A DNA stretch of 58,202 bases, filler included, from Basidioascus undulatus (lineage: Eukaryota): the NCBI GenBank assembly GCA_000826855.1. It is 5 parts of 5 records of this genome, joined end to end, with 100 filler letters (N's around TTAATTAATTAA, not from the genome) between each part and the next. Parts side by side here need not be neighbours in the genome. Positions count along the whole stretch, not along the records: positions 1 to 11,617 come from JTLS01000993.1; 4 more parts are not named here. One strand, 5' to 3'. Positions within the stretch are counted from its first letter, which is position 1. The number at the start of each line of letters is the position of its first letter. The notes below the pieces were generated by a model. It saw only the letters and a list, made by a program, of their open reading frames with translations, was not told the origin of the DNA and made no database searches. The position numbers were made by a program, and so were the translations under genes. Below, one piece after another: positions 1 through 11,717 of the stretch.

Positions 1-1976
1 GTAGGCCGGCTCGCCGATGGTGCTCGTCGACGGCGAGTTGCGGTGGCCGGACGAGAGCGACGGCAGCGAGCCCGCAGGGGACGGCGGCAGCGATGGCGGC
101 GCGTGCGAGAACAGCGGCTCGTCCCGTCCGCGCGATTGCGCCGGGTACGACGCCTCGTACGTGCTCTGAGAGGACGCAGGCGGCGGACCCTCGACGAAGA
201 GGGACGGGATGCGGTCAGGCGCAGGTGCCGACGACGAGCGACGCTGGCGGAGGTAGGCTTGCGGAGGCGGCAGGGGCGGCGCGTCGCTGCCTAGGGAGAG
301 CTTCAGTAGCGTAGACGCAGCGTCACCCGCCGCGCTCAAGGTCGATGAGCGCATTGGCGAGAGAGGCGGAAGGCCGAGCGTCGAGATGGGTGCGAGCGTG
401 CGGTGAAGCGAGCGAGGGGATCCTCCCGACCCCCCGCTGGCAGACCGCGAGCCGACGTGCGGAGCAGACGGCGTGCTCATGACGGACGGGCTCCGGCGCG
501 ACGTGTCGTACGGCGCGTAGCGTTGCTGCCGCGACGACGACCCCGAGGGCGCGCGCCCTACAGTAGGCGGCGGCGACAGCGGGTCGACCGAGTACCCGCG
601 CTGCGGATGCTCCACCCGCCCGTGCGTCGGCGGGGGGCCGCTAGGGAAGCGGAACGCCCGTAGTTGCTGCTGCGGCGTTGGTGTCGCCGGGCCAGGAGGA
701 GGGGCTGGCCATCCGCCGGGCGCGGACGGCGCAGGCGACGGAACGGGTGTCCAGGCTTGGTACAGCGGTTGCGGGTGCGGTTGAACAAGCGGTGGTGCGT
801 GCGGATGAGGGGGTAGTTGATGGTGGGGATGCGGGGGAGGGATCGCGTGAGGGTGGGCGTGCGGGTGAGGGTGAGGATGGGGAGGCGGCGGCGGCGGAAC
901 GTGTTGATCCGCGTACAGCGGCGCGGGGTATCCTGCAGTGCTTGCGCTTCGTGCGGCGTTGAGCGTTGCAGCTGCTTTTGCGTTGAGGCGCTTGGGCTTG
1001 CGGCGCCCAGGCGGAGAGAGGGAGAGGTGACCGAAGCCCGCTGAGTCCGGGGTGAGGCAGGTGTCTGGAAAATTGGGCCCGAAGAGCGGCACGAGGTCGT
1101 AGCGAATCGGCCATGCGCATCTGCACAGGATATGTCAGTGACTGCAGGAGTATTCTGCGTAAACTGTTGAACGAGAATTACCTCCGGGCGAGCGCCTGAG
1201 CGGTCTCAAAGGCGATCCAGGTCCCCTCTGCGGAGAAATATGAAAGAAATATGAACGTCAGTTCATGCGAAACAGGCTGGCAGCACAGCACAGAACGCAC
1301 GAATCTTCAAGCACCCTCCTCGAACTTTTCGAATTAGCGGCGCGATGCCGGGTGTAGAGTCGAGCAGCTTCACGATGTCCGCCTTCGTGTGCCCTAGCGC
1401 TTTCCATATCCCTGTCGACGGAGTGGAGTGTGAGAACTACCTCGCACCCCCAAGCGCATCCCTGCCTACCGCCCAGACGAAAGAAAGCACTCACCCGTCC
1501 AGTGGACGTGTCCGGTGTCGCTGCAAGAGGAGACCCATAAATACTCCGTCAGCGCAGGCCCAGCGATGTCAACAAAGAGCTCCCGCACCTGTCGATAAGG
1601 ATGGTATTCCCGCCGAGGGACGGGGCGGTGTATTCGAAGCAGGCGATGTATCCACGCGAGTCTCCCGAGGTGGCATACCTGCTCGACGGAGGGCGGGCGC
1701 GGATGGAGTGTCAGCGAACCCGCTCCCGAGCTTGCGCAGCAAGGCACGCGGTCTGACTCGCCTCGCGGACACGACGTGATGCTCCAGCGTCTGGTACAGG
1801 CGCACCGGGGGCGGGGGCGGCGGCGGGGGGGACGGAGGCCGGCCTGCGCTCGACGCCATGGGCGCGAGGGTGTGCTGGAGGTGGGGGGGCGGCTGCTGGT
1901 GATGTGGGAACGGCGCGTGGGACGGATAGGCAGACTGCGGCGGGTATCCAGCGTGATGCGGGTATGGGGACGCCAT
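1..1976 (-). CDS. APSES/KilA-N domain transcription factor (Xbp1-like), multi-exon, 3' end outside window
   Basis: Spliced translation gives RYATSGDSRGYIACFEY...NTILIDRDTGHVHWTGIWKALGHTKADIVKLLDSTPGIAPLIRKVRGGCLKIQGTWIAFETAQALARRCAWPIRYDLVPLFGPNFPDTCL, the fungal APSES pattern (RKVRGG..KIQGTW). A Pro/His-rich tail runs to the window edge. ATG at 1976 is the likeliest start. Confidence 0.88.
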
Positions 1977-3606
1977 GGGGCGGGACTAGGACGACAACGG
2001 GGGGAATCGGGTCGGGATCGTCGTCGCCGGTGTCGTCGTCGCCGTGGTCGGCGGGAGAGAGAGGAGATGCGGAGGATGGAGGATGGAGGGCGGAGGGCAA
2101 GGTCAGACAAACAGAGGAGGCTCGTCCAGCCCTGTCTGCGGACAGACGGAAAGGGTCGAAGGGTGACAGAGCTCGCGCGTAAGGGGGAAACGTTTCAACC
2201 AATTTCAACAGCGACTGACGATGTTTGGGACGTCGGGTGCGTGGCGTCAAACTTATTCTTGGATCCTTTCCGGCAGTTCGGGCCCTCAACACGCCTCTTC
2301 TTTCGCTCCATCAACCCGCGCACGCGGCACGCCCTTTTCAATCCTCATTCCAATGCGGATGCTCGGGTATACAGCCTGGTCCTTGCACACACCCTCTGCG
2401 TCTGTCGAACTTCACAACATAAAGATACCGCTGCATGGCGTCGACGACTCGGTCCAAGCCCAAGTAGGCCCAGCGGCAGGCTGGTCCTGGCTGGGCATCT
2501 GCCGTCAACTCCCTCGCCCTGAGCGCTGCTGCGTGCGGTGACTCCTATCGGTAGGGATAGCCGCACGGCATGTCTTTCATCTCCTTCAGCTTCGACCGCT
2601 CGTGCAGAGCCTTCCTGCCTTCCGACGCCGGCTACTTTCACTTTCCGTGGCGCGAGGACTCGAACTCTAAGAACACACTTCGACATTTACTACCTCCACC
2701 TTCCAGTAGACGCACACATTGCTTGCTTCGATCCTCATGCGAGTCTGCTTTCTCGCTCAACCAGCCAGCGGTGCTCATCGCGATCCAACACAAGCTTAAA
2801 GTGGACTGAAAAATGTGCTTGTGCGAACAACAATCCCTACCGTCGGCGTCCGCTTCACGGTCAGGCACCGACAGACGGGCCCCGCGAGTGCCGCGACATC
2901 GGGCAGTGCAGCACACCTCATGTCATTCTTCGTCCCGAGACTCTGAGACTCTGCTTTCTGCTTCCATTGAGTGTACCCTTGCTCGTGCCTGCGCTGAATG
3001 CAACGTCAGCCCTTGCATGCAAAGTGACGAAGACCGATGTCGCGGGTGGAGCAGTCTCCATAAACATATGCTGCGGTTCGCAGGTTCATGTAAGTTACTC
3101 ACACATCCGGAAGGCCCCGACTTGGTTCCGACGGACCTCTTAGTGGGCCGTCACTCCTTCTTATTAACGACGTCGACCTGCGACCCCAGAGGATGTGCAA
3201 TACCAAACTTCGGGTGAAGTATTCCCCCTGATCTGCGAGGAGTACTCCACGCAACTCCACGGCCTCGCGCTTTCTGGCGAACATCTTCCTGGAGACTGTG
3301 AGCGGACCGCTGCGTCATTGTTGCCTTGCGAGCCCTCATGCCGTCTTTCAAAACACACCCACCGGGCCTCAGCCCCTTTCATTTCCAAAGCTCTTTCGCC
3401 TCCCCGTCGGCTTGCTGGTCGCCACGGTGATCTGTCCCATGAGCGCCAGTGAAACCTGCAGGGGAACTGGTTATTTTTTGCGCAACTCCATCATCAGTAT
3501 AGGCGTGGAGATCCCGAGTAGATCCCTTATGTGACAGCGGTGGCTCCGTCCTGTTTACACGCAAGCAAGCGGAAGACGACCGGGAGCCTTGAAGGGGAGC
3601 TGGCGA

Positions 3607-3706
3607 CGTTGTACAGTCCCGACTGCCGAGTAGACTTAAGTTAGGTCTTTTGTCCGTTGTACAGTCCCGACTGCCGAGTAGACTTAAGTTAGGTCTTTTG
3701 TCCGTT
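3607..3706. repeat. Perfect 48-bp tandem duplication (2 copies + 4 nt)
   Basis: CGTTGTACAGTCCCGACTGCCGAGTAGACTTAAGTTAGGTCTTTTGTC occurs at 3607 and 3655, followed by CGTT. Confidence 0.95.
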
Positions 3707-5262
3707 AGGGTCATGGTGATCTGCACGACGTCTGATGCCTCACTTATTCCTGTCCACGCGTACCACCACCCTGGATGACGACGGAAAACTGTGAGCATCG
3801 GCACAGCTACACCACTATCATGCACAACAGGGTCATGAGTATTGGCTTCAGTCAGTACTTTACTCCATGCCATAGCGCAACACAGCAGCATTCTCGCGGT
3901 AATGACCTCCGCAAAGCGTTAGCGAACGACTTTAAGTGAGACCAGCACTACTTGGTCTTGAATGCAGAGCTTGGAGCGGTCTTGTTGCGAGCGCACAGCT
4001 CGACACAGCTTGGGGAGGGACATGGACGGTGCCATCAACGCGGCATGCACTGACAAACAGTCAGTGTATCTGGAGGTCACAAACCTGTCTGGCACTTCTA
4101 TACTCGGCAGTTCTATTGTATCTTTTTCGAACATCTGCAGCAGCTATACCCAATCAACAAATCCGTTCGACCTCGAGCTGCCCAAGGCTGGCCGCTCGCT
4201 GATCGCTGACTTCCACCTGCCGCACCCGCTCAGAAGCATGCGCCGAGTCAGTTCGAGTGACATTTAAATAGTCAAGCCCAGTTTATGCAGTCGTTCAAGC
4301 AAGTTTCGCGACGCGTATGACGGTGAAGCGCTTCGCTGCGGAGATTATGTTTACCGCGATTCTCCAGCTGTACGGCTTCGCATTCGTTTCTCCTGCCAGT
4401 GCCCTCTGCAGTACTTTGCCGCCAATAATATCTCATTTTTCATGAGGACCTTGGGTTCATTTTCCAAATGCAATCTCATTAGTTTGAAAGCCTTCCAACT
4501 CGACCCTCGCAAGAAGTACAAGCATGCCAGAGGACGCACGCCCTTTGCAACTTTGTGCAACTTCGCTGCAACCGCAATTCTACGCCTCCACACTCCTCTC
4601 GCTTTCTCGCTACGAAGCGCTCCCCGTCGGCAATCTCCCAACCGTTAACCTTGAGTTCCGAGTTGGTCAGCCAAGTGTCTGTGCGCGACGGAAGCTCGCG
4701 AGCCAGCGTTGCGACACGCAGAAAGTTCGACTGCTCGAACCTCCCTCACGCTCCTGTGTGTTCCCTGTTCCTTAGTGCGTGTTCGGGGGTGCTCGATGTC
4801 CGGCGAAAACCTCAAACCCGGGGCGTCTGTCCAATCCAGTCCTCACTGATCAATCTGCTAAGCTCTAGAGCACGTACTTTCACATACCAGCCCAGGGAAC
4901 GACGCTGTCACGCCCGGAGTCCACCTCCCCCTGGTCTAGCAAATTTGTCGCTAGCAGCGGCGTGCGCCGGGCCGACAAAGCCTCCACGAAGATGATTTAG
5001 GGGCTCTCGAACGGTACAATCAGAAACATGAACTTGCTCGGCGCACGGGCATGCCTCCGTTTCACACTTGCACAAAAGGCCTCCTCCACACACGGTCAAA
5101 TTCAGATCAAGCGAGCGTCGTGCTGTATTGACAGAGGAGGAAACAGATATGACAAGAAAAGAGATACATGCGACCCAACCCAGGAAAGCGAGGAGATGAA
5201 AGCAAGCGGGCTCCGCAAAGAGAGTACAGTCGTGCTAATTTTGCAGCAGAGAAGCCGAACGC

Positions 5263-7115
5263 TTACTCGCCCTTGTCTATTGAAACGAACGTACACGCGG
5301 TCAGCAAATGACACGAAAGAAGAAGCGGCGACAGAGGAGGGGACCGTACAGTCGGGGCGGAGCTTGCGGACGGCCTTGCCGGCGCGCCAAATCTCCTGGT
5401 TGTTGATCTCCTCGAGCTCCTTGGCGAGGTCCTCGCGGTAGGTCGAGCGGCTGTTGAACTCGAGCGAGCGGCGGGTCTCGGAGCCGTCACGCACGGACGC
5501 GTAAAGGGACTCGAACACGGGCTTGTTGGCCTCGTAGAACTTGGGCGCCCAGTCGAGCGCACCACGGCGGGCGGTGGTGGAGCAGGCGTTGTACATGTAG
5601 TCCATGCCTACATACGATACACGAAACATATCAGCATCGATCGACCGAAGGCGGTGCGGCAAGACAAAGACAGCTACGCACCGTACTGGCCGATCAGGGG
5701 AAAGAGGGACTGGGTAGCCTCCTCGACGGTCTCGTTGAAGGCCTCCGAGGTGGAGTGGCCGTTCTTGCGGAGGACCTCGTACTGGGCAAGGAACATACCC
5801 TCTGCGGACCGCACGACGGCGTAAGATCCCAGTCGCAACAGCAGCGGACACAGCATGAAGACGACGTACGGATACCGCCCATGAGGACACCACGCTCGCC
5901 GTAGAGGTCAGAGTAGACCTCCTTCTCGAAGGTGGTCTCGTAGAGGTAGCCGGAGCCTACGGCGATACCGAGGGCGATCGCCTTCTCCTTGGCCTGGCCC
6001 GTGACGTCCTGGTGGATGGCGATGGAGGAGTTGATGCCGCGGCCCTCCTTGAAGAGCGTGCGGACGGTGCGGCCGGAGCCCTTGGGCGCGACGAGGATGA
6101 CGTCGACGTCAGAGGGGCAGGTGACGCCGGTGTCCTGCTTGTAGACGACCGAGAAACCGTGCGAGAAGTAGAGGGTCTTGCCCTTGGTGATGAGCGGGGA
6201 GATCTCGGGCCAGGTCTTGGACTGCGCAGCGTCCGAGAGCAGGTTCATGATGATCGTGCCGCGGTTGATCGCCTCCTCGATGGGGAAGAGGGTCTGGCCG
6301 GGGACCTGAAGAGCGAGTCGCCATGATCAGCCCAACAGGCGAGACGAGTACGAGAACCGAGAGAGAAGACGCAGCCAGCCGTCCTCAATAGCCTGCCTCC
6401 AGGACTCGCCGTTCTCACGGACACCGACAATGACATTCAGGCCGTTGTCACGGGCGTTGAGACCCTGGCCGTGGCCCTGGGAGCCGTAGCCGATGAGGGC
6501 GAGGGTGTCGTTCTTAAAGTACTCCTGGAGCTTCTGGACGGGCCAGTCGGCGCGCTCGCTGTTTCAGGAGAAGGACCGGCGACGGCAGGCGAAAACATGA
6601 CGAGGAGAGCGGAGAGAGAAGGACCAGGGGAGAAGAGGAGAGCAAGCAATGATCAGAACTGGTGTGAACGCTCTAGCTCGCGTAAATGGACGTACTAGAC
6701 GGTCTGTGGGATTGCGCGAGGTGTCAGTATTGCCATCGGAAGAAAGGCGACCTCCATCAACGTACCTCGGTCTCATCAGCGAAGGTGATCTGCTTGATGC
6801 CGCGCTGGGTGGCAGGCTGTGCGAGAGAGGAACGGGGCTCGTCAGTTCAAGTTCGCTCGGCGACCATCCACCCCACCTCGTCTCCCTCTCCTGTCGGGTC
6901 CGGAGTCGCTGCCCCATTCACCGGCGCGCCACCTCAAAGACATCCTGGCGCTGGACCCCCGCAAGAAGACGCGGACTTACGACGACAGCAGAAGCGACAC
7001 GCTTAGCCGCAGGGGCGACGCCGCGGGCGAGGACCGAGAAGGAGCGGGTCGCGGCCGGGGTGGCGGTGGCGGCGCGGACGGCAGCGCGGAGAACGGGGGC
7101 AGAGCGGGAGGCCAT
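5263..7115 (-). CDS. ILV5: Mitochondrial ketol-acid reductoisomerase
   Basis: Ala/Arg-rich presequence MASRSAPVLRAAVRAA. Motifs YERADWP, LALIGYGSQGHGQGLN, SHGFS, VAPKGSGRTVR, SDLYGERGVLMG, EIWRAGKAVRKLRP. GT-AG introns; ends RPDYKGE-TAA at 5263. Confidence 0.97.
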
Positions 7116-8887
7116 GGCTGCGAGAGGGGTTCCAACGACGACGACGAGGGTGGGGGAGGGAAGAGGGTGGCAGATGGGGGCAAGCAAGGGGCCAGCGCTG
7201 AGCGAGTCTTCTTCCCTCCGAAGGGGTTACTTTTTCGCGCCGCGCCGAGTCAGTTCGGGTTCGAGGCCCGATGCCACCCGGCCCTTCAAACGCGCAACGC
7301 ATTTATTTGCTAGGCGGAAGACTACAAGCCCTTGTAGCAATTATTATGCCCGCCTTCCGCGTGCCCAGACGCCCGAAAGCCGGAAATGCCTCGGCTTCCG
7401 ACCTTCGTTTCACTTTTTCTTGCCTCTCAGCTACGCATCGTCAATACGTCGCACGGAACACATTTGTAGGGAACCCTATCTCACCCATAGATTTCAGTAG
7501 TAGCGAGCAGTGGAAGAGTGCCGAAAGGAAGAAAAAGGCCCCGCATTTCGCGAAGATCCCTCCCTGTTGCTTGACCTTGCGCGAGCCTTCCGTGTTCTAT
7601 CTTCTCAACCTCTGTTCCACTTCTTGGTACATCCAGGAATAGTCGATAAGGAATCTTGGGAAGTTGGGGATGAGCAAAGGTGCTGCTTGGGAACCTGGAC
7701 CTTTCATTGCCCTGGTAGACTCATTGCAGCGGACACAGATGGCCTTGCCCAGCAGCCATCGATTGTATTCATTAAATCAACCGTCAGGAGTGTCTACCGA
7801 GTCTTCTATGTTTTATGATTTATTGGAGTGAAAGGAATATTCCCCTCTCAAGTAGCTCTTTGTGTCACCGACCGCAACGGCCGGCAGCATCATGTGCTGT
7901 CCCGTCTTGGCTTTGCCCGCCGGTACAACATGAAGATGAGCACGAATACTAGAGGCCTTTGGTTTACTCTTCTTACTCTCGACATCCCTTAAAGTCTTGA
8001 ATAGATCTCTAGAATATGTGTAAACACTGGTGTGTCATGCTTGAATAAGGCAGTGTGTACAGCTGAGTATCAGTAACTTGCCGGCAGAGACAAGGCCGAG
8101 GGATAGACATTAAACGACACCACCCGCTGGTTGGACGGCCCAAAGCTGAAAGTTGGACAATGTGCCATACTTGCAAAACTTTCGTGAATGTCTGGGGACC
8201 ATCCAAGTTGTAACTTCGACATTGAGAAGATGCAGTGGGGCCAGGGTGGATTGACAAATGAATCGACAGGACGTGGATGAAACGGACTATGCATGCAACA
8301 GCAGTTTCAGGTGCCGTATTCAAAGTAAAAGATTTATAACAATGCAAATGTCGTCTCGAAGGGCCGAACAGACTGGCAACCAGATCGGACGGAGGTGAAC
8401 CGGCTCGCAGTTTAGATCTGCTGGCGCACTGGGTAAGTATTGGATTGCTCTTTCTAGCGCTCTGAACCCCGTACTTGGCGTGCAGCTCCGACACCGCCGC
8501 AGCTTTATCAGCCCTTGCAGTGCCTCCTGTTACACCAGCCGATGCAGACAGGGATCTTCACAATCCTAACCGAGTGACAGTCTCTTGCGTGTTCGAAGGC
8601 CACGATGAACAAGAGCAGTTCTCCCCGAATGCATTATTGTTAAAGGCGCTCGGAGTCGTTCCCGAGCCCAAGACTGTTTAGGTTCTCCTTCGTCCTCGGA
8701 AAGCCTGTTTGGGGGGAGACCAAGACAGTCCCAAGGATGCAAGCAACAAACTGGTTTCCGCTGTGTCTGTCAGATCTTCTATGCATGCATGTGTATTCAA
8801 TCACTATAATCTTCCAAAAGCCGAAAAAGAACAGTTACTGAAAACCAAAAAGCAGCCAAGCAGGGGTTAGGACCACGACGAATGCCT

Positions 8888-10429
8888 TCACAGCTTCGGC
8901 GCGCCCAGCGTACCCACGCGGGAGATCGTGGCGGTGATATAGCCGCTGTTAGTTTGGTCCAAGTCCAGGCATTAGCGCATTGATATAAGAGTGAGAGGGA
9001 AGAGGCGAGGAACGACGCACGACGGGTCCGCAATCGGCATGAACACCTCCGCCTCGCTCGGCTTGGTGTTCGCCAGACCGATATAGTTGAGGTCCACAGC
9101 AATGTCTGCATCACCCAATCCAACCTCAGCACTTCCGCAACAAGAGCAGAACAGACCGCAGAGAATGGGAACAAGCCACGCACAGTGCTTATTCGGCAAT
9201 TTGTAAGTGACGTCCCGGACCGCGGCGTTCTCGCCGATGATGCGCTCCGCCATCTTGTACATAGTCGCCTGGACGCTCGCGCTCTGGTCGAGCGCAAAGA
9301 CTTCCAGGGTGGCCGTGCGCGTGGAGCGCGCGATGCCGTCGAAGTCGACCGCGGAGAGCGAGTCGAGCGAGAAGGAGGGGCCGGTGGGGAGGGAGAGTGT
9401 GTACGTCAGGTCGACGGAGGTGCTGAATATCCGGTCGGAGACTTCGGGGAGGGTGGTGTCTTTTGGGGGAGGGGGAGGGGTAAATGTCGGGGCTGGTGAA
9501 AAGGTGGGGGTGGGGGGGACGTACACTTGTCGCGGATGAAGCCCTCGAAGGCGGATCCGGACGATTTCAGGACTATCCCCAAGAGCATTAGTCAGCTAAC
9601 CATTCCTGAAAAGGACTCGACTTGAAGGAAGCCGAGAACAGCGGGGGGGAGGGGAGAAAGAAGACGCACCAAGCAAGTCGACGATCCCCGCGCTCGCCTT
9701 TGCGCGGATCTTGCCCTTGCCCTCGCTCGCGTCGACCTCGACCGAGACGACGCGCTTGTCGTCCCCGTCGCGGACAAAAGAGTGCGGGTGGAGCGTCTCG
9801 TTCGGCCCCGTCTTGATCCGCCTCCAGCGCGGCTGCTTGATGTCGATGAACGCCTGGTTTCCTGCCGAGTCAGCATGCTCGGCGAGAAGGAGAAGGAGGG
9901 GAAGGGGAAAGGGAAGGCGGAGGGAACACACCTTCGTGATGTGGCTGTACGTCTGCACAAAGTGCAGCCCGAGCTCCAGCGCGAACGCCTCGGGCTGGAG
10001 GACGTGCGCGGACGCCTTGGCGAAGGTGTAGATAGTGTTCTTGATCGAGTCCGTGGCGACGATGACTTTGCGTCCCAGCAATCCAGAGCTCAGCTTCGGG
10101 GTTGAAGAAGAGTAGGGGCAGAGGAGAAGCGCACCGGAGTTGTCGGCCTGGGTGTAAGACGTGTCGATCGCGCCCTCGAGGAGGGCACGGACATCGTACT
10201 CGACCACGTCGTTCCAGCCGTCCTGCGCAACGTCCATCCACCACTCAGTCTAGTTCTCCGAGGTTTGCTCAAAGGTGACTGTAGACTCACAGCAGACCGG
10301 ACGATGCGGAAGATGCGCACGCGGTCCTTGCCGTCTGTGTGATACCTCCGTCGTGAACAGTGCACCAGCGCGGCCTGAGGGAAAGAAGCACGTACAGCGT
10401 GCAGCGGTGAGAGCGACCGGAGCAGACAT
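8888..10429 (-). CDS. URO1: Urate oxidase (uricase)
   Basis: Motifs YGKDRVR, SYTQADNS.IVATDSIKNT, HPHSF, LKSSGSAFEGFIRD, SASVQATMYKMA, LPNKH, VFMPIADPSGYITAT. Ends GAPKL-stop, a PTS1-like signal. Confidence 0.96.
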
Positions 10430-10865
10430 CGTGTTGGAGTTGTTCAGAAAGCGTTAGGAGAGTGTGGATGCTGGAGTGGGCTAGAGAAGGCCTGCTGAAG
10501 AGGCCCTCTTGGTCTTCGACCGGACGGGGATAAGCGAGCCGCAAGCACCGAGATAAGTGGTGTCCGGTCGTGGGAATTTGCCGAAGGGTCGCGAAGTTCA
10601 ACAGGCGGTTTCTTGTCGCATCTCATCCTCGATGTTGGATTCGTAGCGAATGCGACTCGTTAATGTGTATCAAAAATTGCCGGTGAGTTTCCGTGCACTG
10701 CGGTCAGTTCGTGGACTCAGCGCTGTTGGCGAGTGATGGCCGGGATACTGGAGTCACGGTGAGGTAGTATCGTGCCTGAGTGTTTGCTGCTCCGTCCCGC
10801 TGGTCAGTCCAGGTCGCTCCTTCTCCTCGCCCTCCCCATCTCCTTCCACACCCACGCTACCGTTC

Positions 10866-11617
10866 ATGTCCCTTCCTTCCTACACTCCTCCCCCACAGCA
10901 CTCGGGCCTCTCCCACCGCCACCGCCCTCTCCCCCAGCCGCCCGCTCTGTCCCCCGCCGCCAAAGACCCTGCGGACATCTGCACCGGCCCGGCCGACTGG
11001 GTGGACGCCGCCCCGGCGTATGAGTATCATGGGGCCCCAGGACCAGGTCCAAGGTGGGGAGGGAGTGTGATGGACGGGAAGGACTCCAAGGCGGGTGTGG
11101 GCCTAGGGGGAGGGGAGGCAAGGTACAACTTTGCGCGGCTGTCCACTGCCGCACCTCCAGCTGGGGGAGGGACTCGAAAGCGTCCCCGCCTTCCCCTCCC
11201 TCCGATTTCATCCTCTACACGCTTCACACTCCCGCCCGCGCCTCTCCGACCGCATTCGCCCAGCCCCCGACCAGGGTTCGACCACCTCCCAACACCGCCC
11301 CCGGCCTTCCGCACTGCCACTTCTCCCCAGCCGCGTCCGCCCTCTAGAAGCCAACACTCCTACTACGAACCACAACCCCGCAGCACCGAGCACACCGCCT
11401 TCTCACCTCATCCGCATGGACCATCCCCTCGACCAGCGTTGAGCAGGAGCTCGAGCGCGTCGGCGCCGAGCGTCGGCGCTGCGAGTTTCTACAGGTCCGT
11501 CCTGCTTCCTGTTTCCTCCACATCTCTTTTCTTCGCCCTCTCTATTTTCGCGCTGACAAGTTACCATCCTACGGATTTCAGCGCCGCCCTTGCCCCGCCC
11601 CCCCCCCCCCGCCCCCC
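10866..11617 (+). CDS. Hypothetical Pro/Ser-rich protein, 5' part only (truncated at contig end)
   Basis: Long ATG-initiated ORF divergent from uricase, with a GTCCGT...TTTCAG intron near 11495-11581. No recognisable domain in the visible part. Confidence 0.55.
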
Positions 11618-11717
11618 NNNNNNNNNNNNNNNNNNNNNNNNNNNNNNNNNNNNNNNNNNNNTTAATTAATTAANNNNNNNNNNNNNNNNNNNNNNNNNNN
11701 NNNNNNNNNNNNNNNNN
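11618..11717. other. Artificial contig spacer
   Basis: 44 N + TTAATTAATTAA (stops in all six frames) + 44 N. Confidence 0.97.

Noticed and set aside
3607..3706. CRISPR-like array
   Set aside because: Only two abutting copies, no spacers, eukaryotic context and no cas genes.
11662..11673. TTAATTAATTAA palindrome recurring every ~11.65 kb as a biological periodic element
   Set aside because: It is always centred in exactly 44+44 Ns and is a standard six-frame-stop linker.
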